DNA of 64,000 bases from contig OZ260663.1 of assembly GCA_965285935.1 (NCBI GenBank), forward strand, positions 97,092,001 to 97,156,000. Reading direction: 5' to 3'. Position 1 is the stretch's first letter; each line of letters starts with the position of its first letter. The notes beneath the pieces are model-generated. The model ran no database searches and had not been told where the DNA came from. It worked only from the letters and a program-made list of their open reading frames with translations. The position numbers and the translations under genes were made by a program. Source of the stretch: Ophelia neglecta (taxonomy: Eukaryota). Of the stretch, positions 23,501 through 38,373 are shown piece after piece.

Positions 23501-26500
23501 AACTTTTTGGGCAAAAAGAGACTGCTCTCCCGGTTTGTAAAAAATATTTTGCTATTGCAGGTGCTCTTTTGCTGTACTTTACTCCTTGTAAAAAAATTTT
23601 TAGGCAAAAGAAGCTGCTCTTTTGCTATATTTTACTCCCATCCACAAATTTTAAGGCAAAAAGAAGCTACTCTCCTGGTTTGTAAAAAATATTTTGCTGT
23701 TGCAGGTGCCCTTTTGCTATACTGTACTCCTGTCAAAATTTTTTTGGGCAAAACGGGGCGCTCTACTAAATTACGTCTATTTGGCACTTGTCCTGGCTGG
23801 TCTCCCGGTTTGTGGGGGATTTTTTGCTGTTGCAGGTGCTTTTTTGCTACATCTTACTCCTGTCCACATAAATTTCAGGCAAAAAGAAGCACGCCCCTAA
23901 ACTGTAGCCTATAAAGCACTTGTCCAAGCCGCTCTCCCGAAAAATTTTCCGCTGTTGCAAATGCTCTCTTGCTATATGTTACTCCTTGAAAAAATTTTCT
24001 AGCCAAAAGGGACTGCTCTCTTACTGCAGAAAAATTTGCTGGGGTTGCGGTTACCCCTTCACTGCATTTGACTCGCTACGTACACTTTAGATGCAGAACT
24101 TCTCCTTATCTATGTCCTTTTAGGCGTTTGCTGCAACTGCTCTCCGATTGTACCAACCACATTTCTGCTGCTTCAACGGTTCCCAAAAAATATTTACACT
24201 ACACAGCCTCTAATACAACAACCATCAAAGCCTCAGCTATACTCTGCTTAAACTACTGTACCACCTTCCAAAGCCATACTATTAAATAATACAATAACTT
24301 AGCGCAAACCTAAATTATTCATAATTGTTAGTCAGGTAATTATGCGAATTTTCCTCATACGAGAAGCGCGTCACGGCACACAAGAGACTCTTGTACAGAA
24401 ACGCGCTTAGGGTAGTGGTGCCGTCTGATGAGATCACTACTTTACAATAATTCGTCTTCGATTTAGGCAACAACGTCAAAATTTTTTCCAAATACCCGTC
24501 TTGTATGAGCAAATGAAGCATAATGTGCACACCTAAACCAGCTAGCATCTAAATATTCAATCAATTAAAAACAAAACCAACAGCCCCAATTATAGGATAC
24601 ACTGGACTGTTGCTTGATGTACGGGCCATGTACAGGTTACATCAATAAATTTTGAATCGCAGTCTTTCGTAAACGCGCTTTTAATCACACCATTTTGCAA
24701 TATTAAAGTGAGTTCTCACTTTAGCATTGCCCTCCCTAATAGCCCATAAATAGGTTTTTTTCACCCACTCTGAACTGGTTTTTCTCAGCTTGGTTGTTAT
24801 CAAGGCTTTTCAACTTTGTTGGAAGCACTTTTCTCAGGCTAACACCTTTGAATTGTCGAATGCCCGCAGATTCTGTCCAAGGTAGCAGCGTAGGAAGAGA
24901 TCCTGTAGTTAAGAAATACGATATGATATGACTACCCGCTAGACGATAGCAGCATTCGACGAACATACCACCTGATCAAAGAACCGGCTTCTCCGTTTAT
25001 AAGTTTGTTTTAGTTTTGTTTCTGGTTTTTAAAAATACGTTTCAATGGTGTGGAGCCGTGTAATTTAGAAGCTTCCAAAATTTATTCACACGCGACTAAT
25101 CGCATAATTCATCTGTACGTGCTTCTGCATTGATGCAGCTGTTCATCCTCCTACAACTATAGTCCAAATTCCATTAATCTTCACCTATATAAACTGTTAT
25201 CTGCCCAATTAAATTACTACAAAATATCCCACCAAAAGGCTTTAACCCCTCCCTAACCCAACCCATGCCACAGGCTATGATAGAATAAAACATAACCTAT
25301 GGAAATCCTCCTCTCTAATGCAAAAGTGCAAACTATTCCAAAAAATCTTCAATTCAATACAAATAGCTATAACCATGTCTAACCCCCCCCCCCCAAACCC
25401 CCATCCATACCACAGGCTGTGATGGTCTCAAAAAATCTTCAATTCAATACAAGTATCTATAACCATGTCTAACCCCCCCCCAAACCCCCATCCATACCAC
25501 AGGCTGTGATGGTCTCAAAAAATCTTCAATTCAATACAAATATCTATAACCATGTCTAACCCCCCCCCCCAAACCCCCATCCATACCACAGGCTGTGATG
25601 GGCTCAAAAAATTTTCAATTCAATACAAATAGCTATAACCATGTCTAACCCCCCCACCCCCAAACCCCCATCCATACCACAGGCTGTAATGGTCTCAAAA
25701 AATTTTCAATTCAATACAAACAGCTATAACCATACCTAACCCCCCCCCCCTTGCATCTACTACAAGCTAAAAGATCCTGCCAGCTGCCTGCACGGCATAG
25801 CAAACAGTTGTTTGCCCTCACTACCTGCGTTGCTAGGCACGCCGCGTCGATTTACAAACTGCGAACTGAAAAATATTTGTTTATAAATAATTCCTACCAG
25901 ATGCCTGCACTGCACATTACGTAGCGCGCGTGCCTTCACTACCAGCGTTACTAGGCACGCCATCTTGATTTACAAACTGTCAGCCGAAGACCGCTGCTCA
26001 TATTGATATACCCAAACCAGCCGAGACCGTGCCTAAGAAGATCTGACGTTTTACCACCAGGACTTACACAAGAGCACCTTCGCTGTGGCAATTTTTCACC
26101 CTTCCTGTGTTGCGATTGTTCATTTACTGCTACGGGTGCTGTTCGCCGCGTACAACTCATTACCTACGCTATTCAGGTTAGAGAAACATTCTCCTAAATC
26201 GTGTCCTGTTAGGCACTTGTCCCAGCTGCTTTCCCGGACCCCCAAAAAAATTTTCTTTGATGTTGTATGTGGACTTCTGCTAAGTTTTACTCCTTGTCCA
26301 CCAATTTTTAGGCAAAAAAGAAGCACTCTCCTAAATTATGTCCTTTAAAGCACTCGTCCCAGCTGCTCTCCCGGTTTGAAAATTTTTTTTGCTGCTGCTG
26401 CTGCTGATGCTCTTTTGCTATTCTTTACTCCTGTCCAAAAAATTTTAGGCAAAAAGAAGCTGCTCTCCCGGTTTGTGGAAAACATTTTGCTGTCGCAGGT

Positions 26501-28406
26501 GGTCTTTTGCCATCTTTTACTCCTGTCAAAATAATTTTGGGAGAAAACGAAGCACTCTCCTGGCGTGATAGTATTTTTTGCTCCTGTCCGGAGCTTTTTG
26601 GGTTTGTAAAAAATATTTTGCTGCTGCTGGTGCTCTTTTGCTGTTTTTTGCTCCTGTCCAAGACTTTTGGGCTAAAAGAGGCTGCTCTCCCGGTTTGTGA
26701 GGGACTTTTTGCTGTTGCGGGTACTCTGTTGCTGTCCTTTGCTCCTGTCCAAAAATTTTTAGGCAAAAAGAAGCTGCCCTTCCGGTTTGTAAAAAATATT
26801 TTGCTGTCGCAGGTGCTCTTTTGCTGCACTTTACTCCTTGAAAAATTTTGTTTTAGGCAAAAGAGGCTGGTCTTTTGCTGTGTTTTGCTCCCGTCCAAAT
26901 TTTAAGGCAAAAAGAAGCTGCTCTCCCGGATGTAAAAAATATTTTGCTGTTGCTGATGCCCTTTGCTAATTTTTTGCTCCTGTCCAAAACTTTTTGGGCA
27001 AAAAGAGACTGCTCTCCCGGTTTGTAAAAAATATTTTGCTATTGCAGGTGCTCTTTTGCTGTACTTTACTCCTTGTAAAAAAAATTTTAGGCAAAAGAAG
27101 CTGCTCTTTTGCTATATTTTACTCCCATCCACAAATTTTAAGGCAAAAAGAAGCTACTCTCCTGGTTTGTAAAAAATATTTTGCTGTTGCAGGTGCCCTT
27201 TTGCTATACTGTACTCCTGTCAAAATTTTTTTGGGCAAAACGGGGCGCTCTACTAAATTACGTCTATTTGGCACTTGTCCTGGCTGGTCTCCCGGTTTGT
27301 GGGGGATTTTTTGCTGTTGCAGGTGCTTTTTTGCTACATCTTACTCCTGTCCACATAAATTTCAGGCAAAAAGAAGCACGCCCCTAAACTGTAGCCTATA
27401 AAGCACTTGTCCAAGCCGCTCTCCCGAAAAATTTTCCGCTGTTGCAAATGCTCTCTTGCTATATGTTACTCCTTGAAAAAATTTTCTAGCCAAAAGGGAC
27501 TGCTCTCTTACTGCAGAAAAATTTGCTGGGGTTGCGGTTACCCCTTCACTGCATTTGACTCGCTACGTACACTTTAGATGCAGAACTTCTCCTTATCTAT
27601 GTCCTTTTAGGCGTTTGCTGCAACTGCTCTCCGATTGTACCAACCACATTTCTGCTGCTTCAACGGTTCCCAAAAAATATTTACACTACACAGCCTCTAA
27701 TACAACAACCATCAAAGCCTCAGCTATACTCTGCTTAAACTACTGTACCACCTTCCAAAGCCATACTATTAAATAATACAATAACTTAGCGCAAACCTAA
27801 ATTATTCATAATTGTTAGTCAGGTAATTATGCGAATTTTCCTCATACGAGAAGCGCGTCACGGCACACAAGAGACTCTTGTACAGAAACGCGCTTAGGGT
27901 AGTGGTGCCGTCTGATGAGATCACTACTTTACAATAATTCGTCTTCGATTTAGGCAACAACGTCAAAATTTTTTCCAAATACCCGTCTTGTATGAGCAAA
28001 TGAAGCATAATGTGCACACCTAAACCAGCTAGCATCTAAATATTCAATCAATTAAAAACAAAACCAACAGCCCCAATTATAGGATACACTGGACTGTTGC
28101 TTGATGTACGGGCCATGTACAGGTTACATCAATAAATTTTGAATCGCAGTCTTTCGTAAACGCGCTTTTAATCACACCATTTTGCAATATTAAAGTGAGT
28201 TCTCACTTTAGCATTGCCCTCCCTAATAGCCCATAAATAGGTTTTTTTCACCCACTCTGAACTGGTTTTTCTCAGCTTGGTTGTTATCAAGGCTTTTCAA
28301 CTTTGTTGGAAGCACTTTTCTCAGGCTAACACCTTTGAATTGTCGAATGCCCGCAGATTCTGTCCAAGGTAGCAGCGTAGGAAGAGATCCTGTAGTTAAG
28401 AAATAC

Positions 28407-31400
28407 AAACAGATTTAAAAGCATGTACGTTTAAGCTATATATGTTTATCTTTGAGTACGAATTTATTTATACAGCTTTAAGCACCACCTCTATAATAAG
28501 ACCACATGTCAGTTCAGACCACTAATATGAAGACTGTGCTGTATACTTTCAATGAGAGAGCACCCTGTCTAAACAGACCACCTCCGAAATCAAACCAGCA
28601 TTTTCCAGTCCCTGGGGTGGTCTTAATTCACAGGTTTCACTGCATATTGTTCTAATGTGGATAATTTATTGTTTCCTTATGTCACCGTCCGATGCTTCCA
28701 CACGTATTGTTCTGGAACTGGACCCCAATGACTCTGATTCGGATTATATTAATGCCAACTACATAACAGTGAGTAAAAAATGTAGCAAAATTGAGGAAGT
28801 ATATCGTGTTGTTGACTTCATGTTCATTGCAGTAATTGCTATTTTATAGCAATTGCTTATATTCAAATTAAATTAATTTTCTTCCACAGTGACACGTTTT
28901 ATTCTTCATTGTGTTTATTTTAATATACTACATGATTTAAGTGCTTCCCTTCATCGGTGTTTTTATTTATTTCGTTTAGTTTGCCACTCTGAGTCATTGA
29001 CTGCTGTTTTACGAATATACAAATGTGTACTTAGGTGTCTATTTGAAAATATACTTTAATTGAACTTAATTTGTTGCATTCCTCATACATTTCAATCAAG
29101 GGGTACAAGGACATGAAGAAGGCCTATGTAGCTACACAAGGTAGGGCGATTTCTTGTTTGTCTTTATCATATAGTTTAAGCGCTGACTATCGATGGCGGC
29201 AAGGTCCTCTATGTTTATGTATTGTTTTTACGGTTGCAATGTGCTTTACCTTTTCAGTATTATATTTTTTGAAAATAATAGTTGTCAGTTTGTCTCTGCC
29301 AGCTCCTAATAAACACACAACAGCAGAATTTTGGACCATGATATGGCAACTTAAATCAAACAGAATCATCATGCTTACAAGATTATTTGAAAACTGCGGG
29401 GTAAATATGTGTTTGGTTCCTTACTATTAGAAAATTATGACGTGAAGCGTGTTATCCTACATGAGCTTCAAGGAAAGTCATTATTATTCCGCTCATCTAA
29501 TTATATATTGCAGAAAAAAAGCGTGCAATACTGGTCCGATAAAGTTGGATATATGAAAAAGTTTGGCCAATTCAAAATTGAGACAATGAAGAGGGATACA
29601 TTCACCGACTATGCTCTTAGTATACTGCGTGTAACCAAGGCGGTAGGCTTTATATTTTTCGTTTCAGTTTCATAATGTTAAATACTTATTGATGCTGAAC
29701 CATCTACTATAAGAATGACATGTTTGATACAATAACGCCTGAGTCCATTTGCACTTTAAGGGCGAGTCTCGCACAGTGCGCCATCTCCAGTATCTAAGTT
29801 GGCCCGACAGGTCGGCACCGGATAACGCCTACCCACTGCTCGCCTTCAGGAGGAAGGTCAGATCTTTAGACAATGTCAGCCATGGTCCTATGATTGTGCA
29901 CTGCAGGTATGTACAAATATTTAGACTATGTCTGTAATGTATACATTAATGGTGGAATAATTGAAACGTCGCCTTTTACCTGCAATGTTCAAGTGTTTCA
30001 TTATGTACTGTATTCTTCAATACTATCCACATGATTCCCTAACCAGTGCCGGTATAGGCCGAACCGGGACGTTTATTGCCCTGGACTTCCTGCTGCAGCA
30101 GGCAAATGCTGAATCTCAAATCGACGTCGTAACCCTTGTAAACCACATGAGAACAGAACGAATGAAAATGATTCAAACCTTGGTACATGCACAGATAAAA
30201 CACATCTTGTATTTGTAATAATTTCATTAGAGTAGGATACATCCTGAAAGCTGTTTAATCAAGGAAAGAATGTTTTACATTCGTATTAAATAATGAAGTT
30301 ATAACAGTTTAACATCCAAATTTGACAGGTATTTTGTATTATTGTTTCCAGGACCAGTATAAATTTGTGTACACGGCCGTTTTGGAGGCTGTAACCATCG
30401 GGGATACAGCTATACCATACTATGAACTGCAAAAACGATTGACTGCACTAACCTCCGTGGACAAAACAGGATTATACCCACTGAAGACTCAGTTTTCTGT
30501 AATAGCCAATTTTGCCTTTAGCAATAATTGCTTAGTTTTGTTCATCATTTATCCATCGTATTGAGAGTTTTGATAATCAAATATTAAAATTAACATTACA
30601 TAGATATTGAAGGAATTGAAATACACTGAACCAGGGGAAGCGAGTGACGGACAAAAACAGATAAATGTGGGCAAGAACAGAACTTTGAAAATTATTCCTG
30701 GTAAGAAAGCGTCCCATTAATGCAACAATAGGCTTAGTTTCATTTTATACTTTAGAGGTTATCGAGGAAAACTGATTAAATTGGTGAATTCGGTGAGAAT
30801 TGTTATCATTAGAACATTCTTGTTGACATCAAATAATGATAAACATCCTTTTGGCAAGAATTTTTTTGATTATAAGTTTGGCAATTACTGAATATGGCCT
30901 AAGTTGCAACAGAGTTTAAGCCAAAATGGCCTAAATACCAACCTTCAAGATGAAAACTGTTTAAGTGACATGGTTGGCCAGTATCATCATTGGCTAAGCT
31001 ACATCAATATTGAAACATGGCAAAAGGGACACTGAAATATAGCCTAATTAACAAATTAAAAATTGGGAAGTGACATGGTAGATAAACTCTTTATATATTG
31101 AATAATCACTGCTTTCATACCAATTTCATTAAGGCTATATTTAGGAAGTTAGCTACAATAAGTATGTCATTTTGGTATACACAAATCCCAAGCGACCAAA
31201 GGGTCATTTGGGTCTTCTTTTATCGTTCATGCGTATTCACGTGTTTTTTTTATATACGAACATGCTGGATAATTTCAATAAGAATTGCCTCCTTCTTGTT
31301 TAGTTTATCCATTTGCTCGTATATTTATGATAATGACCTTATGTTTACAGATGACAGTATGAGACCCAGACTGGTGACTTCGGGAGCTCATGACAACACT

Positions 31401-33704
31401 TACATCAACGCTGTGTTTGTCGACGTTAGCAGATTTACTTTTCTTCATTTATAAAATATATTTGAACCCCATAAGCAGAACCATTGTTTAACAATTATTT
31501 TGTGTTAATGATACATTTACACTATTTGACTATATTGACTAAATACAGGTATACGACAATATATATAAATGCAGGTGTTAATATGTAAAGCTTGCTATTT
31601 TATTACAGAATTTCCGAAATGAACGTGGTATTATCGCTACCCAGATGCCTCTGTCAAATACAGTCGATGATTTCTGGAGATTGGTCTACCAGCACAGACG
31701 TACTACTATCGTCATGCTCAATCCGCTTGATAAAAATGTCAAGGTAGAATCAAAGTGTTCCTGCTTGTTTTCAAGTCTTCGACCTTCCCTAAAAAATTTA
31801 GATTTTAATTTACAAGGTCATAAATGAAACACTTCAGAATTGCACGGCATATTGGCCAGATGACAAAGACCTGAAACAAAGACACGCAGATATGGAAGTC
31901 AAGTTCGTATCCTCGGATCTTTGTGGACCTATTCGGACACGAGTTTTCCAAGTTGGCAAAATGGAAAAGGTACAAATACTTGGAATAATCAATTTCCTAA
32001 AAAAAAATGTTGGTTTATATTCCTAGTTAAATGTCAGTGTTCGATACGCCCAACCGCAGCTTAATTTTCTTCTTCTCCCCAGAGAAATGAAGAAATACTG
32101 ACTGTCAAACAATTCCAGTTTTTGGATTGGCCAACTGGCGACGAGATTCCTAACGGCGGTTCTCTACTCGATCTTATTGCAAACGTATCCGCCTCGGAGA
32201 AAGATGAATGTTCAATTCTTGTTCATTGCATGTACGTATTATTGCATATAAACTGGTGGTGAACAAGGTTTTATTCATATCGTAGTCAACAGACATGGTC
32301 ACCTATCTTGTGTGCTTTTCATTATTTTAGGACCAACATTCATACAGGTTGAGAAAATAGCGGAAGTTAGTTAGTTCCACGTGGTGTTCCATTAAAATGT
32401 GTTAGTACTATCTAGCTAAATTGTTTTAGCCGAATAGTTTTAACTGGCTTAAATACAGGCGGGCTAACAGGCTCAATTAAGCTAGACAATTAAAATTGAG
32501 CATACTGTAGTAATTCAAAACTTGGTTCTGGCAAGGTCAATAGGAGAACACGAAACTAATGCACAGGCTTTTTGCGAATGGGTGTCAAACATTTTCTTAA
32601 AGCACAATCTAGCACTGGTGGGGGAGAATGGGGAATTGTTTGGAGAGAGAATGCATCGTTTTTATTAACAATCAAAATAACTACCAATTCAGATTTTTCG
32701 GCATACTGAATTAATTTTCTTCTCATTTGTGCAGGACGTTATAACTTTCTCTGGTACTTCTTATTGTTACAATGTTGAGGTCAATATAATTCTTATTTCT
32801 TTGGTCATGTACAAACTTGGCGCGCGCCAACTTAATTTAATTTCCATTAAGCCTGTGACCATGTCATTCGTCTATGTGAGAGTTGAGCCCGTGTCGAGAG
32901 TCTTTTTCTTTATTACTAATAAGTTTGAATGACATATTTGCTATTGAGTAAGCGGTATTTATATTTAACAAGCGCGTAGTTACAATGAAGTGGCAGGTAT
33001 GGGGTAGGTGCGGTTTTGCCTTGTTTTGCCTTGTTTGAATAAGTAAAGCGATCTGTCAGTTTCCTGACAAGTATGTCCAATACTTTCGGTGCCAATTCAC
33101 GATATTTACCCAATCAGAGTTCAAAGCAGCTCCTCGTTGCTTGTGAATACTAATGAAGGAAAAATGATTTTAAATGTGTTTTGTTGTATTGAAAATCAGG
33201 TCTTGGTACATGTACGAGCACTAGGGAGATAATTCATCAAAGATGTATTAAATGCTACGTAGTATAGCTGATACATTATTCATCTCTCTATACACCAACG
33301 TGTATATTACCTACAAGAACTTCGTAATGATGTTTCAGGGATGGTGCTTCACGGTCGGGATTATTTTGTGCTTCGTGCTACATGTTAGATAAGTTGAAGT
33401 CAGACAAGGAAGTGGATGTCTTCCAGGCTGTCAGATGTGTCTCCAGAGGGCGCCCTCAGTTTATTAACTCAATGGTAGGTATATGTGTAATGCACCTGCA
33501 GCCAGTTGGTGCAACTATTTTAGCCAATGTGTATTAGTTATTGTTGATTTTCACTTTTGGAAAATTATTATTGGTAGCACGGAACACAATGTTTAAATCA
33601 AATTTTGTTTAGTTTCCATTTATGTTTATTAGAAACAGTATCGATTTCTACTCGACGTGGCCAAGGAATATATATCATCACATGACGCCTTCGACAATAA
33701 TTGA
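28407..33704 (+). pseudogene. 5'-truncated duplicate of RPTP-A (PTP D1 and D2 exons only)
   Basis: Begins mid-exon 11 with an 8-bp deletion; the exon-12 acceptor is mutated (TCAG to TCCG at 28690-28691); no ectodomain or TM exons; downstream exons run intact to TGA 33702-33704. Confidence 0.9.
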
Positions 33705-36700
33705 ACTGGAACAATCCTGGTTTATTCCAAAGATTCTTGACTACATGTGCATCCTGTAAGAAAATGTAATAAGTTAAACATTTGCTTGTAACATAGAAAA
33801 GTGTTTAAAATAACACAAGATGATCTTAGGAGTGTAGTTTAACATGCGATACAGACGAAAGATTGTCCACATTCTATTATCTGCACTTATTCCAATTTCT
33901 ATAGTACCCAAGTAAGGAATGTTTATACAAATATATATATTGAGAGTTTATGCAAAATGTTTTCCAGTCAACTAAGCTTTGAGTGAGGTTTGTCAGGACT
34001 GTAATTATACAAATCGAGAATGTTATTTGTGTTTGTATTGATATTACAACATGTTATGACGTAAGACGAATTGGTGTTTCTATGTCGACGTCTACTTTTA
34101 TATACTTAATACTGTTATAACTTATATATATTATATTTACTCAATCCGAAACGAACGCCATGGTGGACTCAGTATTTGCATGTGGTGGTAATTCAACACA
34201 ATTTGTTGATATATTAAACAAGTTTAATTTACATGATTACTCAGATATCAGACACCTCAGAATGCAGCGCTCTATGACAATAAAAAAGTAATTATTTGCA
34301 GGAGTAAAATGGATTTCGTTATAAGTGTGAATCTGTCGGTCAGGTCGATGTGTGTTGTAAATGACAACTATTTGAAATGATTATTACAAATACTGACACA
34401 TTCACCATGAGCATTATATAATTATGACCTTTATAAAATCCATGCTTTTGTCAGTATGCTGAGCTTCAGATAAGCTGATTTGTAAACAGATATGATACAT
34501 GAAATGCGTATATGTTTTAATTTCGACGTCCAGGGGCGGGTCACTAATATATTAGTAGCTCTCCACTGTCACGTGACGTTCTTTAGCCGGTCGCCACGGT
34601 CCCGTGACGTCACAAGGCGTCTGTTTTCATTAGCCATTCATGTTACTACAGACCGAATACATATAGAGACAGGGAATACTACTTAAATACACTTGATAGT
34701 CAATAGGCAGGGCTCGGGCGTTTATTATGTCGGGCTGATAATCATCATTAGTACAAAAGTCCCGACAAATCTTGTTAATGGCACATTCACCTCTGTCGTA
34801 CTATGATTTACATCATTTTTATAGGCATTTTAATGAATATAAGGTTTACTATGATTCGATGTCATCCACCAACGATGCCGGAAAGTCAGCTACATTATCA
34901 TAACATGATATTTATTTGTGTTGAAAGCTACTATTGACGGACAATATGCTTAAAAACTACTTTCGATCGACAATGTTGAATCATTGATATCATTCATGAT
35001 ATTCATATTTAGCGAATCACCTGAGACAGCACCTGGGAGATTACGTGTGAAATGACACCTGGTGTTACATATGCCATACCACCTCGGCTGACACCTCAAG
35101 CCATGGGGCGTCTGAAATGTCTCATTAAATACACAGAGCACACATAACATGCCATTGATAAATTAAACCGTATTTAAAATGTCCTATATATCATTAAGAT
35201 CTCCCTGGGTTATACAACACAAGCAAGAAGCACGAAATCTCCTGGCCTGATTGCTGCTGTGGCCTCGAGATCATCTCTATATGCAAGTCATGCAAGGTAG
35301 AAGCTGAAGAAGGTAGGCACCCCAGCATTTTTAAGCTTCTCACTGATAAATTCGAATATTTAGCACAATTCACTCAAAAACCTACAAAAAACGTTAAAAC
35401 AAACAAAATATGACATATAGAATACATGCCACGGGATATATCAAACTTTAAAGAGTAAAACCGCTTGTTTTACATATATAAGCCATAGGTTATAAGAGAG
35501 CGCCCAAATACAAACGATTTAAACAAATGATCAAATTACGCTTAACAAACGAGTATAATCTAATATCAAACTGCTCTGAGTTGTATAAGTTGTCGAAAAC
35601 AAATATTTGCGAGGACATAAATATCATCGAGCTTGTGACTTCCGGGTCGCGTGTTGGATGTGCCGCGCTTATTTGCAAACGGATGACTGACAATCTGTTA
35701 ACTACAATAGTGTATGAATAGCGTCACGGCAGAAGAATACCCGGATGACTTAACGGCAGACACTCGGAGTACCAATGTATCTTTCAAAAAGAAGGGGCAT
35801 GTGGTCAGTAGTTGTACAGTAAGACATTATGTATCCTGGGCAATCAGGGTCCGGTTTCTAGATACGGTATTAACTCTAAGCTTGAATTAAAGTCAGGTTG
35901 GACGTGCTTGATCGATTTTAACTTACTAAATAGGTGTTTCTATAAACTAGATTTGGCCTTAAACCTACCCATTTTGACCTGAATCTTAATCCTGCTCATT
36001 AGAAACACCGATTAACTCGGTCTCAGTTAATTTAATCGGTAATAAGCTAATCTTATCTCTAAATTTAAATCTGCTTCTTGTATCCGGGCCCATGCGTAAT
36101 TTGTAAACGAAGGAAATATCAGAAACAGGTCGTGAATTTATCGCACAAATATCGCAAGATCAAGGCGACATTCTCGCGATAATGAGCCGATATCACCACG
36201 GTTTCCGGCAAGCGGGACTGTACATCATCTTTTCCAGATTGTTTATCAGTTATGTTATCCAAGTTTATTTAGGCTTGTTTATCGTTATTTTTAATTAAAA
36301 GATAATTGATATGCGTGCGTATATGCCTCATTGAGATCTATTTGATTTTTTTTAGGACCAGTATAGGTTTGTGCACACTGCCATGTTGGAGGCTTATACA
36401 ATTGGCGTCACAGCAATATCTCTTAGTGAGATACAACATAGACTAACTGAACTGACCACCCCGGACGAAACAGGATCGGCTAAAATACATAATCAGTTCA
36501 ATGTAAAATAATATTTCTAAATCACACGTTTAATTTAATTTTTTTTCTTCCCTGTAAGATTTGAACGCATTGTTAGTTTAGCAGTTTTGTTTATATAGTT
36601 CTAAACGTATTTATTATTATTCGAAAGTATATGTTTTGTATGTTCGAACAGATGTTACAAGTATTAAAACCAGGAAGACGTGTCGAAGGCACTGAAGGAA

Positions 36701-36813
36701 GAAACGAAATTAATGTGGATAAAAACAGGAGTAATGCTATTATTCCTGGTAAATTCGCTTTTTGCTCGTTTTCATATCTTTCGTTGACGATTATCGACTG
36801 CCAGAGAAATGCA
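28407..36813 (+). repeat. Segmental duplication copy 2 (partner 7977-16306)
   Basis: Colinear with copy 1; the first ~1.4 kb is diverged (about 3% plus indels) and the rest is essentially identical. Confidence 0.97.
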
Positions 36814-38373
36814 GATTATAGCATGATTTCCTTTTCAAAGATGACAGAGTAAGACCTACCCTTATGCCATCGGGAGAGGATGACAACATTTATATTAACG
36901 CTGTCTTCGTGGATGTAGGTTTCCCCAAACTACTTTTCATTGGAAAACTTATAATTGTAGTAATCAAAATAATTCTGGATTTGTAAATCCAATTCACAAA
37001 AATATCTAAACTTTTCATCGCTCTGTTTAGTTATTATATTAATTGTTTTACTAAACTGCAGAATTACCTAGATGAACGCGGCATAATAGTCACACAGATG
37101 CCACTTCTAAGCACAGTCGATGATTTCTGGAGACTTGTTTATGAATATAGACGGGCAACAATCATCATGCTAAATCCCCTTGATGAATATGATGAGGTTC
37201 AAAACAGGAATGGATACCCGACAGACAGTTGAAATTTATTGATCAGGAATCATATACGGCCATCTATCAATCCACAGTTATTTAACTTAAATAAAGAACA
37301 CCCATAATAACTCATTGAATCACTTAATTCTTCATTAAATTATAATGACTCTATTCCAGGTCAGATAATAATGTGAACACTATTTGTTAAGATTATTTGT
37401 TAACACATGACATTTCAGCAGTGTAAATTGTATTGGCCCAATGATGGGGAACTAACGCATAAATATGGACACCTCGTGGTCTTGTTCTTATCATCTGATA
37501 ACAGTGGCTCTATACAGACCCGAGAGTTCCTAGTCACCAAGACCAAGGCGGTAATAATCTTCATAATGACCATAATATATGGGGGCTTACTGCATTGTTC
37601 TGTTTTAATTTTTATAATTTTGACACGCGTGTTTCATCTGATTCTTCAGAGAGTAGAAGAACCATTGATGGTTAAACAACTCCATTTGTTGAATTGGCCA
37701 AATACTAATGAACTTCCAAACATTGGGTCATTGCTAGATCTAATTGATAACGTGCATCGCTCGACGAAGGACGACCCCCTTCTTGTGCATTGCCTGTAAG
37801 CTTTATGTGTAATTTTCATTTTTCACATTTGTAATATAAAATACAGTTTTTTTTCTGTTGTTGTCTGAATCTGAATATTGTTTTCATTAAGTGAAAAACA
37901 CATCTTTAAATCACATAAAATAAGAACGTTTGCTTTCTCGTATGTATTGAATACTTGCAAATCATTTTGATAGATGCTTGCTTTCAGGGACGGGGCAGAA
38001 CGTTCAGGCGTATATTGTGCAGCAAGTTATGTGGTAAAAAAGATGAAAGCAGACAATGAAATAGCCGCCAGATGTGTCTCCAACTGTCGGCCCCAATTCG
38101 TCAACAGCGTGGTTAGTATGAAACCCTTTGTAATGTGCGTAACGAAAAGCAACATCTTAATGAAAGGAAAGCATGTGAAGCTGTGGTTTTGGTAGCAAGG
38201 GTATTTGGTTGCCTCCGACTCCAGAATGGTATAAGAATACTTTTATTAGAAAAAAAAGAAAACATACTTAAGTAAAGACTTTTTATTGATAGGTTCAGTA
38301 CCAATTCCTCCACGAGGTTGCAAGAGAATATGTTTCCACGTATGGAGTCAATCTATCATCAACTGAATCTTAA
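36356..38373 (+). CDS. Orphan PTP D1-tail + D2 exon cassette (8 exons; alternative 3' end or 5'-truncated paralog)
   Basis: Exons 36356-36502, 36652-36748, 36841-36914, 37062-37196, 37419-37550, 37650-37795, 37988-38111 (12-bp in-frame deletion) and 38293-38373 (TAA). The frame is open with GT-AG sites. Motifs: YINAVFVD, TQMPL, DFWRLVY, YWP, HCLDGAERSG. Confidence 0.8.

Larger units (their letters stand above)
16304..28406. repeat. Macrosatellite-like tandem array, ~3.47 copies of a ~3486-bp unit
   Basis: Units 16304-19787, 19788-23275, 23276-26762 and 26763-28406 (partial); periods 3484/3488/3487; only a few substitutions plus poly-C and (GCT)n length changes between units. Confidence 0.98.

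Noticed and set aside
16255-28408. Numerous 60-157-aa ORFs recurring in the array
   Set aside because: Low-complexity translations of A/T-tract sub-repeats with no domain motifs; they recur only because the DNA is repeated.
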